The notes: generated by a model from the sequence alone, not told the origin. Shown: positions 55,522-64,000, counted from the stretch's first letter. The stretch: DNA of 64,000 bases from Candidatus Zhuqueibacterota bacterium (GCA_049322915.1 JBMOPW010000014.1:256001-320000), one strand, 5' to 3'. Program-made: numbers and translations.

Positions 55522-55657
55522 GCCCAACAAAAGCATGCAGCCGAACCTCGAGCACTGTTTGAATTTAATTTAGTTAAGTGCATTATTTATATTTTCGAAT
55601 ATACAGAAATGTTCGGTGGGTATTAGCCCTCGGGTCGGCTGATGATCATCGTTGGGC
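55522..55657 (+). other. attC site 1 (intact)
   Basis: R'' GCCCAAC ... CATGCAGCCGA pairs with TCGGCTGATG (extrahelical G) ... R' GTTGGGC. Confidence 0.88.
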
Positions 55658-55689
55658 TGACGGCAGACGGAACTGGAGGAGTTCAGAAG

Positions 55690-57495
55690 ATGATTGGGTC
55701 GATTGAAGAGCTTCTGACCTGCGCGCGCAACGGTACATTGCTTGAGCACAGAAGCGGCAACGTCGAATTGAAGCGGTCCTGGGACCAAGAGAATGGGAAG
55801 AAGCTCTCTGCCTTTGCCAACAGGCTGACCTCTATAGTGCAGTGGATGTGCATCGGGATTGCGGACGACGGGTCGTTGTGCGGCCGGACCGAAGCATGGG
55901 CCAAAAGCACCGAGGAGGCCGTTTCCCAGCACCTGAATCAGTACCTCGACCCGCAGGCTACGTGTGAGTTCATCTCATGTCACGAGATCGACGGCCAATG
56001 GCTAGTCGTGATCAAGTTTTGCTCACCCGGCAGTGTGGTCTACTGGAACAATACTGCGTACAAGGGAGCTGGAACGACCATCAAAAGCATGACTCCCGAG
56101 GAGGTCATGCAACTGACCGTTGCTCTTCCCGGACTCACCGATTACTCAGCACAGCGGTGGGAAGGTATCCGTGATGAGGGGAAAGCGGGGGACTTCGTCC
56201 ATGCCGTAGCAGCCAGACGCGAAGGCACAACACTAGAATCGATCACATCACTCACCATCGGCGAAGCGCTGGAGAGAATCGGTATTCGAGGCACGAATAC
56301 GGAGCGCGTTCTTTTCGGAGACATCCAGTACCGCATCGTCAAGTACGACGCAGCCGGAACGCCCCTGTCGAACGAGACACGTGTTGGCTTGCAGGATCTC
56401 CTCACTCCCCAGCTCTTCCTCGAAGTCCAGGAGTGGTCGAGGCAGACACTGGGCATTCGACAGCCCCCCTATCCCGAGCGAGCCCTCAGGGAAGGACTTG
56501 CGAATGCGGTCGCACATGCAGCGTATTATGAGGCAGGCGGGGACATCATAGTCGAGTTGTACCCGGACCGTCTGAGCATCAGCAATCTCTGTCAGAAAGA
56601 GTCCCGGTACTTCGCCAACAAGTGGTTCTCTCGTGCACACAAGACAATGAACCGCGTCCTTATGGAAGCGCTCCGTCTGGCCGGCAGCGTTGATGAGCTG
56701 GGCCGTGGAAAGACTCTCATTTTTGCCGACTCACTCTGCAACGGAAAGCGACCACCGGAGGTCATCGTTGAAAAGGGAGGACGGTACGACCGCTGGCGCC
56801 TCATCATCCACGGGGGCGATCAGGATCGGCTGCATCTTCGTGTCTACGATAGGCTGCGGAGGATGTACCCTGACGAGCACAAGGCACTGATTGCTCACGC
56901 GTTGGTGCTTTGGCGTGGGCAGACAGTGTCTCAGATTCGCCAATACGTCGACGGCGAGTCATCAAGGTCTTTCGCCGAGGTGCTCGCCGACTTGCGGGGG
57001 CCGATATTCTACTATCAGAAGCGCGACCAGATAATCCTCCGCAGGTGGGTCTCCGTGCTTCTTGGCGAAGGCAAGGACTCGAAAAAGCTGTCTGCCGCCG
57101 AGGAGGAAGACCTTTTTGAGTATGTTCGGAAGTTCCACACGGAGTTCCACAGGGGGTACATCACTCCAAAGGAGCTACGTGAAGCGGCGGATATGGGGCA
57201 TACTCCTTCCGAGGTTGTTCTAGGTTCCCAGATACTGCGAAAGTGGACAGAAGAGGGAAAGGTCGAGAGGGTCAAGAAGGGCCTCTACAAACTCATTCCG
57301 CCCCAAACGTCCGTCGTGCCGGAGGACCTTTTCGAAATGCTCCTAAGGGAATTCAACACTGGCACGGAGCGGAAGCCGGATGCCCTACAGACGGTCGGAG
57401 GCGACGCCGGAACCCGCGCCGCGGACGGCGCGGCTCCCGAAGCGCTCCTCAACCGCGCCGTTAACCCTAGACCAGAGATAGACCATTCATCATAG
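55690..57495 (+). CDS. AlbA_2 (Schlafen-like) domain + HATPase_c_4 (RecG C-terminal-like) + wHTH protein
   Basis: RBS GGAGGAG then ATG 55690; NVELKRSW..LSAFAN..IGIADDG; YPERALREGLANAVAH; VDELGRG; GC-rich relative to neighbours. Confidence 0.8.
   Translation: MIGSIEELLTCARNGTLLEHRSGNVELKRSWDQENGKKLSAFANRLTSIVQWMCIGIADDGSLCGRTEAWAKSTEEAVSQHLNQYLDPQATCEFISCHEIDGQWLVVIKFCSPGSVVYWNNTAYKGAGTTIKSMTPEEVMQLTVALPGLTDYSAQRWEGIRDEGKAGDFVHAVAARREGTTLESITSLTIGEALERIGIRGTNTERVLFGDIQYRIVKYDAAGTPLSNETRVGLQDLLTPQLFLEVQEWSRQTLGIRQPPYPERALREGLANAVAHAAYYEAGGDIIVELYPDRLSISNLCQKESRYFANKWFSRAHKTMNRVLMEALRLAGSVDELGRGKTLIFADSLCNGKRPPEVIVEKGGRYDRWRLIIHGGDQDRLHLRVYDRLRRMYPDEHKALIAHALVLWRGQTVSQIRQYVDGESSRSFAEVLADLRGPIFYYQKRDQIILRRWVSVLLGEGKDSKKLSAAEEEDLFEYVRKFHTEFHRGYITPKELREAADMGHTPSEVVLGSQILRKWTEEGKVERVKKGLYKLIPPQTSVVPEDLFEMLLREFNTGTERKPDALQTVGGDAGTRAADGAAPEALLNRAVNPRPEIDHSS
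57382..57466 (+). other. attC site 2 (R'' degenerate)
   Basis: GCCCTAC ... CCGCGCCG-cgga-CGGCGCGG central hairpin ... GTTAACC. Confidence 0.7.
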
Positions 57496-57508
57496 ATAAG
57501 GGGAGAAC

Positions 57509-57889
57509 ATGAGTGAAAAACACGAAGAATGGTTGAAGCAAGCTGATTATGACATGGGTACGGCGGATGCCATGTTTCAGAGCGGTCGGTATTTCTATGC
57601 CGTATTCATGTGTCATTTATCCATTGAGAAGTCGTTAAAGGGTCTGTATGCAGAAGTATTGGAGGAAATCCCGCCTAAAACTCATAACCTCCTATACCTT
57701 CTGGATAAAATTGGCAAGAGACCCGAACAGGAGTTGGAAAAATTTATGATCAGGCTGAATACTGCGAGTGTCGCCACTCGCTATCCAGATGATTTAGCGA
57801 AAATCCAGTCGGCCTACACCGAAGAAATCACCAAAAGTATGATCACCAAAAGCAAGGAGGTGTTGGCATGGGTCAAGACACAGTTTTAA
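57509..57889 (+). CDS. HEPN-domain protein (HEPN/MNT pair)
   Basis: WLKQADYD, FMCHLSIEKSLKG, PPKTHNL, TRYPD. Confidence 0.88.
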   Translation: MSEKHEEWLKQADYDMGTADAMFQSGRYFYAVFMCHLSIEKSLKGLYAEVLEEIPPKTHNLLYLLDKIGKRPEQELEKFMIRLNTASVATRYPDDLAKIQSAYTEEITKSMITKSKEVLAWVKTQF

Positions 57890-58179
57890 GTATAGTCCAC
57901 AAATTCAAACAGGCCCTGGAAGCCACTATTCGAGTGGAACAATTGATTTTATTTGGTTCCCATGCAGGCGGAACTGCTCGTGAGGATAGCGATATTGACC
58001 TGGTTGTCATTTCACCGAGTTTTTCAGGGAAAACGTATTGGGAACGCATAGATATTCTCTCTGAGGCTATTTATAAAGTGTTTGCACCAATCGAAGCCTC
58101 AGCATTTACTCCGGACGAATGGAAATCCGGGAAATCGTTGCTCTCGGACTATGCCAAAAATGGTGTATTGATATTATGA
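57868..58179 (+). CDS. Minimal nucleotidyltransferase (MNT)
   Basis: ILFGSHAGGTAREDSDIDLVVIS (GS-x10-DxD); overlaps the HEPN stop. Confidence 0.88.
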   Translation: MGQDTVLSIVHKFKQALEATIRVEQLILFGSHAGGTAREDSDIDLVVISPSFSGKTYWERIDILSEAIYKVFAPIEASAFTPDEWKSGKSLLSDYAKNGVLIL

Positions 58180-58404
58180 GATGATGCTCTCATGCCGGTT
58201 AAGGGATTCTTATCAATACAAAGGGTCAGGATTCCTACCCCCCTTGAAAATCGGTTATGTTCGATTTTCGGCAGAGTATTGTCACATAATTGGTTCCGAA
58301 TAACATCTTTGGTGGCTAAAAGAATGATAAGGGGTGAAGCTAAAAAAAGTAGGTCAAGTAGGATAGTATAAAGATAGTTGAAAGAAGTAAACCAAAAAAA
58401 TTAA

Positions 58405-58535
58405 TCCTAACCGCACTGTGAGAATCCGAACGGGTGGATGCCCGCATCGGTTTAAAATTTAATTTTGACGTTTAGTGCCATGCAGGTTTCGGTAGGAGAG
58501 CATCACGAACCCCGCAGTAAACAACCGAGTTATGC
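58405..58535 (+). other. attC site 3 (degenerate; right arm recognisable)
   Basis: Right arm CCGCAGTAAACAACCGA-GTTATGC; left arm TCCTAAC..ACTGTG pairs only partly. Confidence 0.45.
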
Positions 58536-58866
58536 GCAATTAGGCAGGTGAAAAAGCAGCATCAACATAGAGAGAACAGCAGTTGATGATTCAGTATAAA
58601 TGATTGAATTGAAAAAATCAATCGCTATTTCAAAAGGGCATAAACGAAGAAATAATAAGAAGTAGGTGGAATGAGTATTTTGACAATTAAAACATCTGCC
58701 GCGAAAAAGGGACCTGACTCAAAAGCAAACTTTTGTATGAATTGGTTTGGGGATAAACTTCAGAATTCAAAAGTTAAGCATGAATTCTTTGACATATCGA
58801 AAATAAAATATTTTCTGATTATAGAATTTTAAGAGTGAATGAAAAATCGGTAGGCATAAAGTCAGG

Positions 58867-58993
58867 GCATAGCATCTTGCTGCCCCAGATAAAAACGCCG
58901 ATTCTTTTAATCAGTTATGGCGGTAACAAAAAGTTCAGTTATTCGAATCGGCTGTCTCTGATGCGTTTTCAACCGGTGAGCACGTTGTTAGAT
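58867..58993 (+). other. attC site 4 (R'' degenerate)
   Basis: GCATAGC-ATCTTGCTGCCCCAGATAAAAACG pairs with CGTTTTCAACCGGTGAGCACGTT-GTTAGAT; inner GCCGATTC/GAATCGGC. Confidence 0.75.
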
Positions 58994-59018
58994 GTTCAAA
59001 AAATTAGGTAGGAATTTA

Positions 59019-59834
59019 ATGTCTAAAAGTGGTGAATTATTAGTAGCAATTATGAATAATCAGATTGATTTTTCAATTGCTCGTGATAGACATTGGTATC
59101 GAATTCCAGTTGACAGTGTGAGTAAGTGGTTAAAAAATAAATGGCCACCTCAATGGTTATCATTCTATCAGACAAAAGCTTTTCAAGAAAAAGCACATTC
59201 CATTCAGTACTATTCTCGAGTATTAAAAATAAACATAGCAAAAAGATGGCAGCTTTTTCCAGAACGACCAATAGAAAAAAATAGTGATAAACTTTATTAC
59301 CAATTACTAATCGAGCCGCTAAAAAAATTGTCAAAACCAATATATAGTAGACGTTGGCGTCGAATTGTTTTTATTCCAACAACATGGGAAAAATTTAAAG
59401 TGGCGATGGAGATCAATGATCTTTATGAAGGGAGCCCATTAGAAGATAAATTATGGGCGGCATTAAAGATGCTCGATATTCCCGCAGAACGCCAAGAGTA
59501 CATAAAAGTAAGAAATAAAAACTATTTTCTTGATTTTGCTATTTACTGTGAAAAAGGGAAATTAAATATAGAGACAGATGGTGATAAGTGGCATCACACG
59601 CCGGAGAAGGCACCGCAAGATAATTTAAGAAACAACGACTTAGTGACATCTGGCTGGCAAGTATTACGTTTTACAGGTAATCAAATCCATGATCAAATGT
59701 CTAAATATTGCATACCTAAAATAGTTGATGAAATAAATAATTTAGGCGGAGTAGAGATCGATAAAAGTACTTATAGACGAATAGACTTAGGACTACCTGG
59801 TACCACCTTCCAACAAAGCTTTTTTGATAAGTAA
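59019..59834 (+). CDS. DUF559 (Vsr-like PD-(D/E)xK endonuclease) domain protein with N-terminal extension
   Basis: SPLEDKLW, YFLDFAI, IETDGDKWH, DNLRNNDL..GWQVLRF; N-terminal WYRIP domain. Confidence 0.85.
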   Translation: MSKSGELLVAIMNNQIDFSIARDRHWYRIPVDSVSKWLKNKWPPQWLSFYQTKAFQEKAHSIQYYSRVLKINIAKRWQLFPERPIEKNSDKLYYQLLIEPLKKLSKPIYSRRWRRIVFIPTTWEKFKVAMEINDLYEGSPLEDKLWAALKMLDIPAERQEYIKVRNKNYFLDFAIYCEKGKLNIETDGDKWHHTPEKAPQDNLRNNDLVTSGWQVLRFTGNQIHDQMSKYCIPKIVDEINNLGGVEIDKSTYRRIDLGLPGTTFQQSFFDK

Positions 59835-59861
59835 ATAGTATATTTTTAAAAATAAATAATC

Positions 59862-59992
59862 ATCTATCAATCGGCTCACGTTGACCGCAGGGGGTGTGCG
59901 TCAATTTAGTTTTAACGTTCCACATAGAGTCTTTTAGTTAATCAAAGTCCAGTGCCCTGCAAGCTTGCGGCGACTTTGCCGTGCCGTTATGT
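59862..59992 (+). other. attC site 5 (R'' degenerate)
   Basis: ATCTATC-AATCGGCTCACGTTGACCGCAG pairs with TTGCGGCGACTTTGCCGTGCC-GTTATGT. Confidence 0.75.
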
Positions 59993-60005
59993 GAGAAAAA
60001 TTAAT

Positions 60006-60260
60006 ATGAGTAAATATGAACAATTAATACAACAAATACTCGGTGGTAGAGCCGACGCAAATATTAACTTTAATGATTTATGCAACCTTTTGCTCCGATG
60101 TGGATTTGAGATGAGAGTGTGTGGAAGTCATCATATTTTCAGAAAAGCAGGGATTGAAGAGAAAATAAATTTACAAAAAGATGGCAATAAAGCAAAGCCC
60201 TACCAGGTGAAACAAGTAAGAAATATCATTTTAAAATATAAACTCGGAGGTCAAGACTAA
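60006..60260 (+). CDS. hicA: HicA-family toxin
   Basis: INFNDL..LL..GF..GSHHIF..INLQ..AKPYQVKQV; ATG at 60006 lies downstream of attC5. Confidence 0.88.
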   Translation: MSKYEQLIQQILGGRADANINFNDLCNLLLRCGFEMRVCGSHHIFRKAGIEEKINLQKDGNKAKPYQVKQVRNIILKYKLGGQD

Positions 60261-60472
60261 TGGAACGGTACGAAATAATAATTTATTGGAGTGAAGAGGA
60301 CAATGTATATATAGCAGAAGTTCCTGAACTTCCCGGATGTATGGCACATGGGGAAAGTTATGAATCAGCATTAAAAAACGTTAAAGAAGCCATCCAACTT
60401 TGGATAAAAACAGCAGAGGAGTTTAACGATTTTATTCCTGAACCAAAGGGTCGTCGTCTTGTTTACGCGTAA
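60260..60472 (+). CDS. hicB: HicB-family antitoxin (short, no DNA-binding domain)
   Basis: YIAEVPELPGCMAHGESYESALKNVKEAIQLW..IPEP; TAATG coupling to hicA. Confidence 0.9.
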   Translation: MERYEIIIYWSEEDNVYIAEVPELPGCMAHGESYESALKNVKEAIQLWIKTAEEFNDFIPEPKGRRLVYA

Positions 60473-60485
60473 CATTATAAAAAAA

Positions 60486-60557
60486 ACCTTACCAATCGCT
60501 GTCCTAGATTGCCCTTTCGTTAGCGCTACAGGGCAACCTGTTAGCTTGTTTTTGTAT
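60486..60557 (+). other. attC site 6 (both R boxes degenerate)
   Basis: ACCTTAC-CAATCGCTGTCCTAGATTGCCCT pairs with AGGGCAACCTGTTAGCTTGTT-TTTGTAT. Confidence 0.5.
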
Positions 60558-60672
60558 TGCCTGAATGTTTGAAATGAAAATAGAAAAAAATTATAATCAA
60601 TTTTCCTCGGGCCAAAAGCCCAGTATAAAATTAATATGAATATGTATTGGCCTTCGTTGGGAGTATTAACCC

Positions 60673-63306
60673 ATGCGTAATTTAAAGTCTTTGTCTGTTT
60701 TCAGTGTACTTGTTTTCTCTGTGCTCATGTTGCCGCAGTATATCTTTCCTCAGTTCATCACCGCGCCCGGGGCTTCGGATGAAAAGTATAACAACTATTC
60801 TGAGGAAGGGTATAAAAACTATTCCCAGGAATTTTTGACGTTGAAGCGATACGATGACTTCGGAAATTTTCTGTTGGAAGGGTTGGATATTTTTTCCATG
60901 GCCCGCCAGAATCCGGCCAACGCCGATGACCTCATCAAGTATAAATATTACACCAACTGGTTCGAGAACCTGGTCGTGGCCAAAGACACGTACAAAGGAT
61001 TCTCCACCAGCTTCATCATCGGCGATGCGATTCGGACCAAGTTCACGTCGCTGACCCTGGAGTTGGCCCGGTTGAACGGGATCCGCTGGGACGGCAAAAC
61101 TGAGAAGAACCAGTTCTCGGTGATTTATTCCCGGTTTTCTGATCCGATTTATATGCCGCTGCGCAGCACCACGACGGTCGAGCGGGCGTCTGCGCCGCAT
61201 TTGTGGAACCGCTATCTGTTCGGCGGCCATTGGGAAACCGAGATCGGCGATGTGCTGAAATTCGGCGCGACCTATGTGAATATTCATCAGACAAAGAGCA
61301 AGGAAGGTTCGGAAGACGCATCGATCAAAGGCGAAGTGACCGAATGCCGCCCGGAAGTGCTGTACCTGAAATTCACCGATGATTCCCCGGAAGATGGATT
61401 CGGGACGAAGCTGTACAGTCGACCGAAAATTTACATTAACGGCCAGTTGGTCAATATGGCGCCGATGAATGAAACAGCATATCCGCTGGAAGCCAGTGGA
61501 ACAGGCAGCTTTGAACTGATGATCCCCATTTCCACAGAAATCACCTCGATTCAATCGATGCAAATCGCCCTGGTAGTTGCTAATGATTATAAAATTTACG
61601 GCGCGCACGAGTATTATGAAAGTCAGGTTGACCTGACCATGTCCAGGACCAATTATCAGCTTCTGGCTCAGGCGAATGGCAATGTGAAGGATGAATCCAA
61701 TAAAAAATTGGAAGTGATCGACTACAGTCTCACGACCGGCCGATCCATTTACGGCGTTAATTTCAGCGCGAATCTGTTCGGATTCCGGATCAACGGCGAG
61801 TACAACACCAATGTCCGCCATGCCAAATTCCCGGTGCTCATCGGTGATCGGTTCGAAAAAAAGAGCAATGCCTATTTTCTGCAGATGAAGCGAAACCTCG
61901 GCCCGTTGACATTTGGCGGGGAGTATTTCAAAATCGATCCGGAGTACCTGACTAACCTGTCCACGTTCAGCCGGGAGCGCGGCACCCTGGAGGTGGAGAC
62001 CAGCAGCGCCAGCGCTGTGTACGATTCCGGCGGCGTGTACGACATGCTGGTGGATGACAATGACGATAATGACCGGTACCCGGACGGGACTCTGGCTTAC
62101 CGCGGGAGCGCACTGGACCCTGTCTATGAAGAAAATCCCGAGGAAGTGTTCAGCACAACAGATATTCGTCCGGACGCGGGCATTTTCCCCGGCCTCGATG
62201 AAAACAAGGACGGCATTCCGGACGACGATCAGAATAGCAATGGCACGCCGGATTACCATGAACCATTTATGATGTTCTACCGCGACCCGCCCCGTTTCGA
62301 TTATGGAGACGATTGGAATAACAACGACGTGATTGACGTGCGAGAAAATGACCAGTTGCCTGACCATGTCTACAATCGCGATCTGAAAGGCTCTCATCTG
62401 TTCGTGGGCTATCAGGTCTGGCGCGGATTTCATATTACCGGCGGCTACTTGCGCAACGAGCAGATTGCTGCCGGTGGCCGCAATCAAATCAAATATGGTA
62501 AAATCGATTATGATTTGTTCATGCCGAAGTTGGCGCAAATTAAAGTCTATCATGTCACCAAGGATGTGCAGGACGACATTCCCGATCCGACCTATCAATT
62601 CGATATCACCGAATTGGGAGTGAATTTCAATAGTCCGAAGTACATGCAGGATGAGCTGAGCATGCGCAACTCCATGGTTTATACCACATTTCTCGGCACG
62701 AAATATCTTCAGATCCCCAATTTGAATATTGAGAATAATGTGAAATACGTGCTCAACTCTCAGCGGCGGATTGAGCAATGGTCCAGCGATGAAAATCAGA
62801 TCGTCCTTGACCAGGACAAGGGGCAGGTGAATTACTGGGGCGTCGTGAATAAAATCGATTACCAGTTCAAACTGTCAGAGAAACTCCTGTTGATTCCCCA
62901 GTTCAAACATCGCTGGGAGATTAAATATAAAGACTACGAACCGGCCATGCACGACACTCTGTACCACAATCAATGGTACATGCCGATCATTCGGCTGGAT
63001 TATTTTTTCACGCCCAAGACCGTCATTCGCATGGGCTTTCAGGGGTTCTCGTTCAAGGCGATCAATGAAAATCTCAACGATGGTGACATATTTGTCTATC
63101 GTTACCGGGATAAGCTCAATCCGGTCAACAGCACCAATGACCAGATTTTCATGATCATGGCCACGAATGCATCGGATTACAACGGGTATAAACTGAAATT
63201 CAATATCGGACTCCAAAATATAAAGCGCACCTATATCAGCGAACAGGCTGCGTACAAGAATAAAAGCTATTTCAGATTTTTTGTGCGAGTTCTGGCAGGG
63301 TGGTAA
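60673..63306 (+). CDS. Large probable outer-membrane protein with Asp-rich Ca-binding-like loops
   Basis: Signal peptide; amphipathic strands; C-terminal FRFFVRVLAGW; LVDDNDDNDRYPD, DENKDGIPDDDQNSNGTPD, DWNNNDVID. Confidence 0.7.
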   Translation: MRNLKSLSVFSVLVFSVLMLPQYIFPQFITAPGASDEKYNNYSEEGYKNYSQEFLTLKRYDDFGNFLLEGLDIFSMARQNPANADDLIKYKYYTNWFENLVVAKDTYKGFSTSFIIGDAIRTKFTSLTLELARLNGIRWDGKTEKNQFSVIYSRFSDPIYMPLRSTTTVERASAPHLWNRYLFGGHWETEIGDVLKFGATYVNIHQTKSKEGSEDASIKGEVTECRPEVLYLKFTDDSPEDGFGTKLYSRPKIYINGQLVNMAPMNETAYPLEASGTGSFELMIPISTEITSIQSMQIALVVANDYKIYGAHEYYESQVDLTMSRTNYQLLAQANGNVKDESNKKLEVIDYSLTTGRSIYGVNFSANLFGFRINGEYNTNVRHAKFPVLIGDRFEKKSNAYFLQMKRNLGPLTFGGEYFKIDPEYLTNLSTFSRERGTLEVETSSASAVYDSGGVYDMLVDDNDDNDRYPDGTLAYRGSALDPVYEENPEEVFSTTDIRPDAGIFPGLDENKDGIPDDDQNSNGTPDYHEPFMMFYRDPPRFDYGDDWNNNDVIDVRENDQLPDHVYNRDLKGSHLFVGYQVWRGFHITGGYLRNEQIAAGGRNQIKYGKIDYDLFMPKLAQIKVYHVTKDVQDDIPDPTYQFDITELGVNFNSPKYMQDELSMRNSMVYTTFLGTKYLQIPNLNIENNVKYVLNSQRRIEQWSSDENQIVLDQDKGQVNYWGVVNKIDYQFKLSEKLLLIPQFKHRWEIKYKDYEPAMHDTLYHNQWYMPIIRLDYFFTPKTVIRMGFQGFSFKAINENLNDGDIFVYRYRDKLNPVNSTNDQIFMIMATNASDYNGYKLKFNIGLQNIKRTYISEQAAYKNKSYFRFFVRVLAGW

Positions 63307-63351
63307 TCAACGGCTGAAAATTAGCGGTGCATAAAATTTTTGGATGAAACT

Positions 63352-64000
63352 ATGTTTGAAAAGCTACTCATTCTCCTGGTCGCCGGCGCGGCAACGCTGA
63401 GTCACCTGATCCCTTCTCCGACCCAGATGATCAATATGTTCGAGAAGGGGCAGAAGTTATTCGTGATTGAGGATTACGCTCAGGCAATTACCAGGTACGA
63501 GAAAATTCTGGCTATCGACAGCCCGTTTTTGAAAGAGAAAGAGGTCACCACGACACTCGCCGATATGGTCATTAGCCTACCCGTGGCGGCGAGATACCAG
63601 ATGGCGAATTGTTATAAAAATCTGGGCGACTTCGAGCGGGCGATTGAGCATTTTAAAATCGTTGTTCAAACGGCTGAGATTGAACGGTTGCAGGCGATGG
63701 CGCAGAGTCAGATCGTACTGACCCGTTACAATCAGAAAGAGTACCAGGCCACGATTGAGGAAGCGCGCTTTCTGCTCGATCATTTTGGGAACAGCGAATA
63801 CGCCGAACGGGCGTTGTACAATATTGGCTGGTCGAATTATGAATCCGGCCAGTATGCCGAGAGCATTGCGGCGTTCGAAGAAGGCATCCGTCGATTCCCC
63901 CAGGGTGAATATGCTGTCCGATCGCAGTATCAAATCGGTGAAAGCTATTTTGAATTGAAACAATTTCAAAGCGCCGTCGACGCCTACAATAAGCTCATTG
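63352..64000 (+). CDS. Tetratricopeptide-repeat protein (partial, runs off the window)
   Basis: Read by eye: MFEKLLILLVAGAA..ARYQMANCYKNLGDFERAIEHF..ALYNIGWSNYESGQYAESIAAF..SQYQIGESYFELKQF. Confidence 0.85.
   Translation, partial: MFEKLLILLVAGAATLSHLIPSPTQMINMFEKGQKLFVIEDYAQAITRYEKILAIDSPFLKEKEVTTTLADMVISLPVAARYQMANCYKNLGDFERAIEHFKIVVQTAEIERLQAMAQSQIVLTRYNQKEYQATIEEARFLLDHFGNSEYAERALYNIGWSNYESGQYAESIAAFEEGIRRFPQGEYAVRSQYQIGESYFELKQFQSAVDAYNKLI

Larger units (their letters stand above)
54545..60557 (+). mobile_element. Integron gene-cassette array lacking an integrase in the window (CALIN)
   Basis: Five or six attC-like imperfect palindromes separate co-oriented single genes or TA pairs of very different base composition. 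Confidence 0.8.

Noticed and set aside
58197..58268. A complete short attC after the MNT gene (GGTTAAG...GTTATGT)
   Set aside because: Arms pair poorly and the GTTATGT sits in the loop of a separate hairpin (GAAAATCG/CGATTTTC); kept only as a possible remnant
55642..60005. ORF-track starts at 55642, 58992 and 59952
   Set aside because: They fall within or overlap attC sites; downstream ATGs at 55690, 59019 and 60006 fit the cassette boundaries better
53236..60672. Prophage, IS element or complete integron
   Set aside because: No integrase, transposase or phage genes recognised in the window
60682..62778. 698-aa antisense ORF
   Set aside because: Lies wholly opposite a coherent + strand gene; no recognisable motifs; explained as a codon-bias shadow

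Overview
Bacterial chromosomal window; every credible gene is on the + strand. The C-terminal sorting domains and a PorV-like gene suggest an FCB-group lineage such as KSB1 or Calditrichota (inference). (1) 1-22.8 kb: surface-polysaccharide locus with an FrhB-like Fe-S protein, three GT4s, a Wzx flippase, a methyltransferase, a CE4 deacetylase, three large modular secreted glycan-active proteins (one a GH39), and a NodU-type carbamoyltransferase plus SxtJ-like gene. (2) 23.4-53.2 kb: a ~2,856-aa SGNH/Ig-repeat surface protein behind a sigma54-type promoter and a B12 radical SAM enzyme. Six consecutive secreted proteins follow, each with a cohesin-like domain and a T9SS/FlgD-like C-terminal domain; two are FG-GAP (integrin-alpha-like) propellers with dockerin-like modules. 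A discoidin/CTD protein and a PorV-like barrel close the block. (3) 53.2-60.6 kb: an accessory island. A Fic gene is bracketed by a 57-bp synonymous duplication of the porV-like 3' end. An integrase-less integron cassette array (CALIN) follows, carrying DUF4760-like, AlbA_2/HATPase, HEPN-MNT, ORF-less, DUF559 and HicAB cassettes; most attC sites are mutated in the conserved AAC. (4) 60.7-64 kb: a large Asp-rich probable outer-membrane protein and a partial TPR protein. The best candidates for novelty are the non-cellulosomal cohesin-dockerin/integrin-like surface assembly and the apparently frozen cassette array. All family calls come from motif recognition by eye, not database searches.
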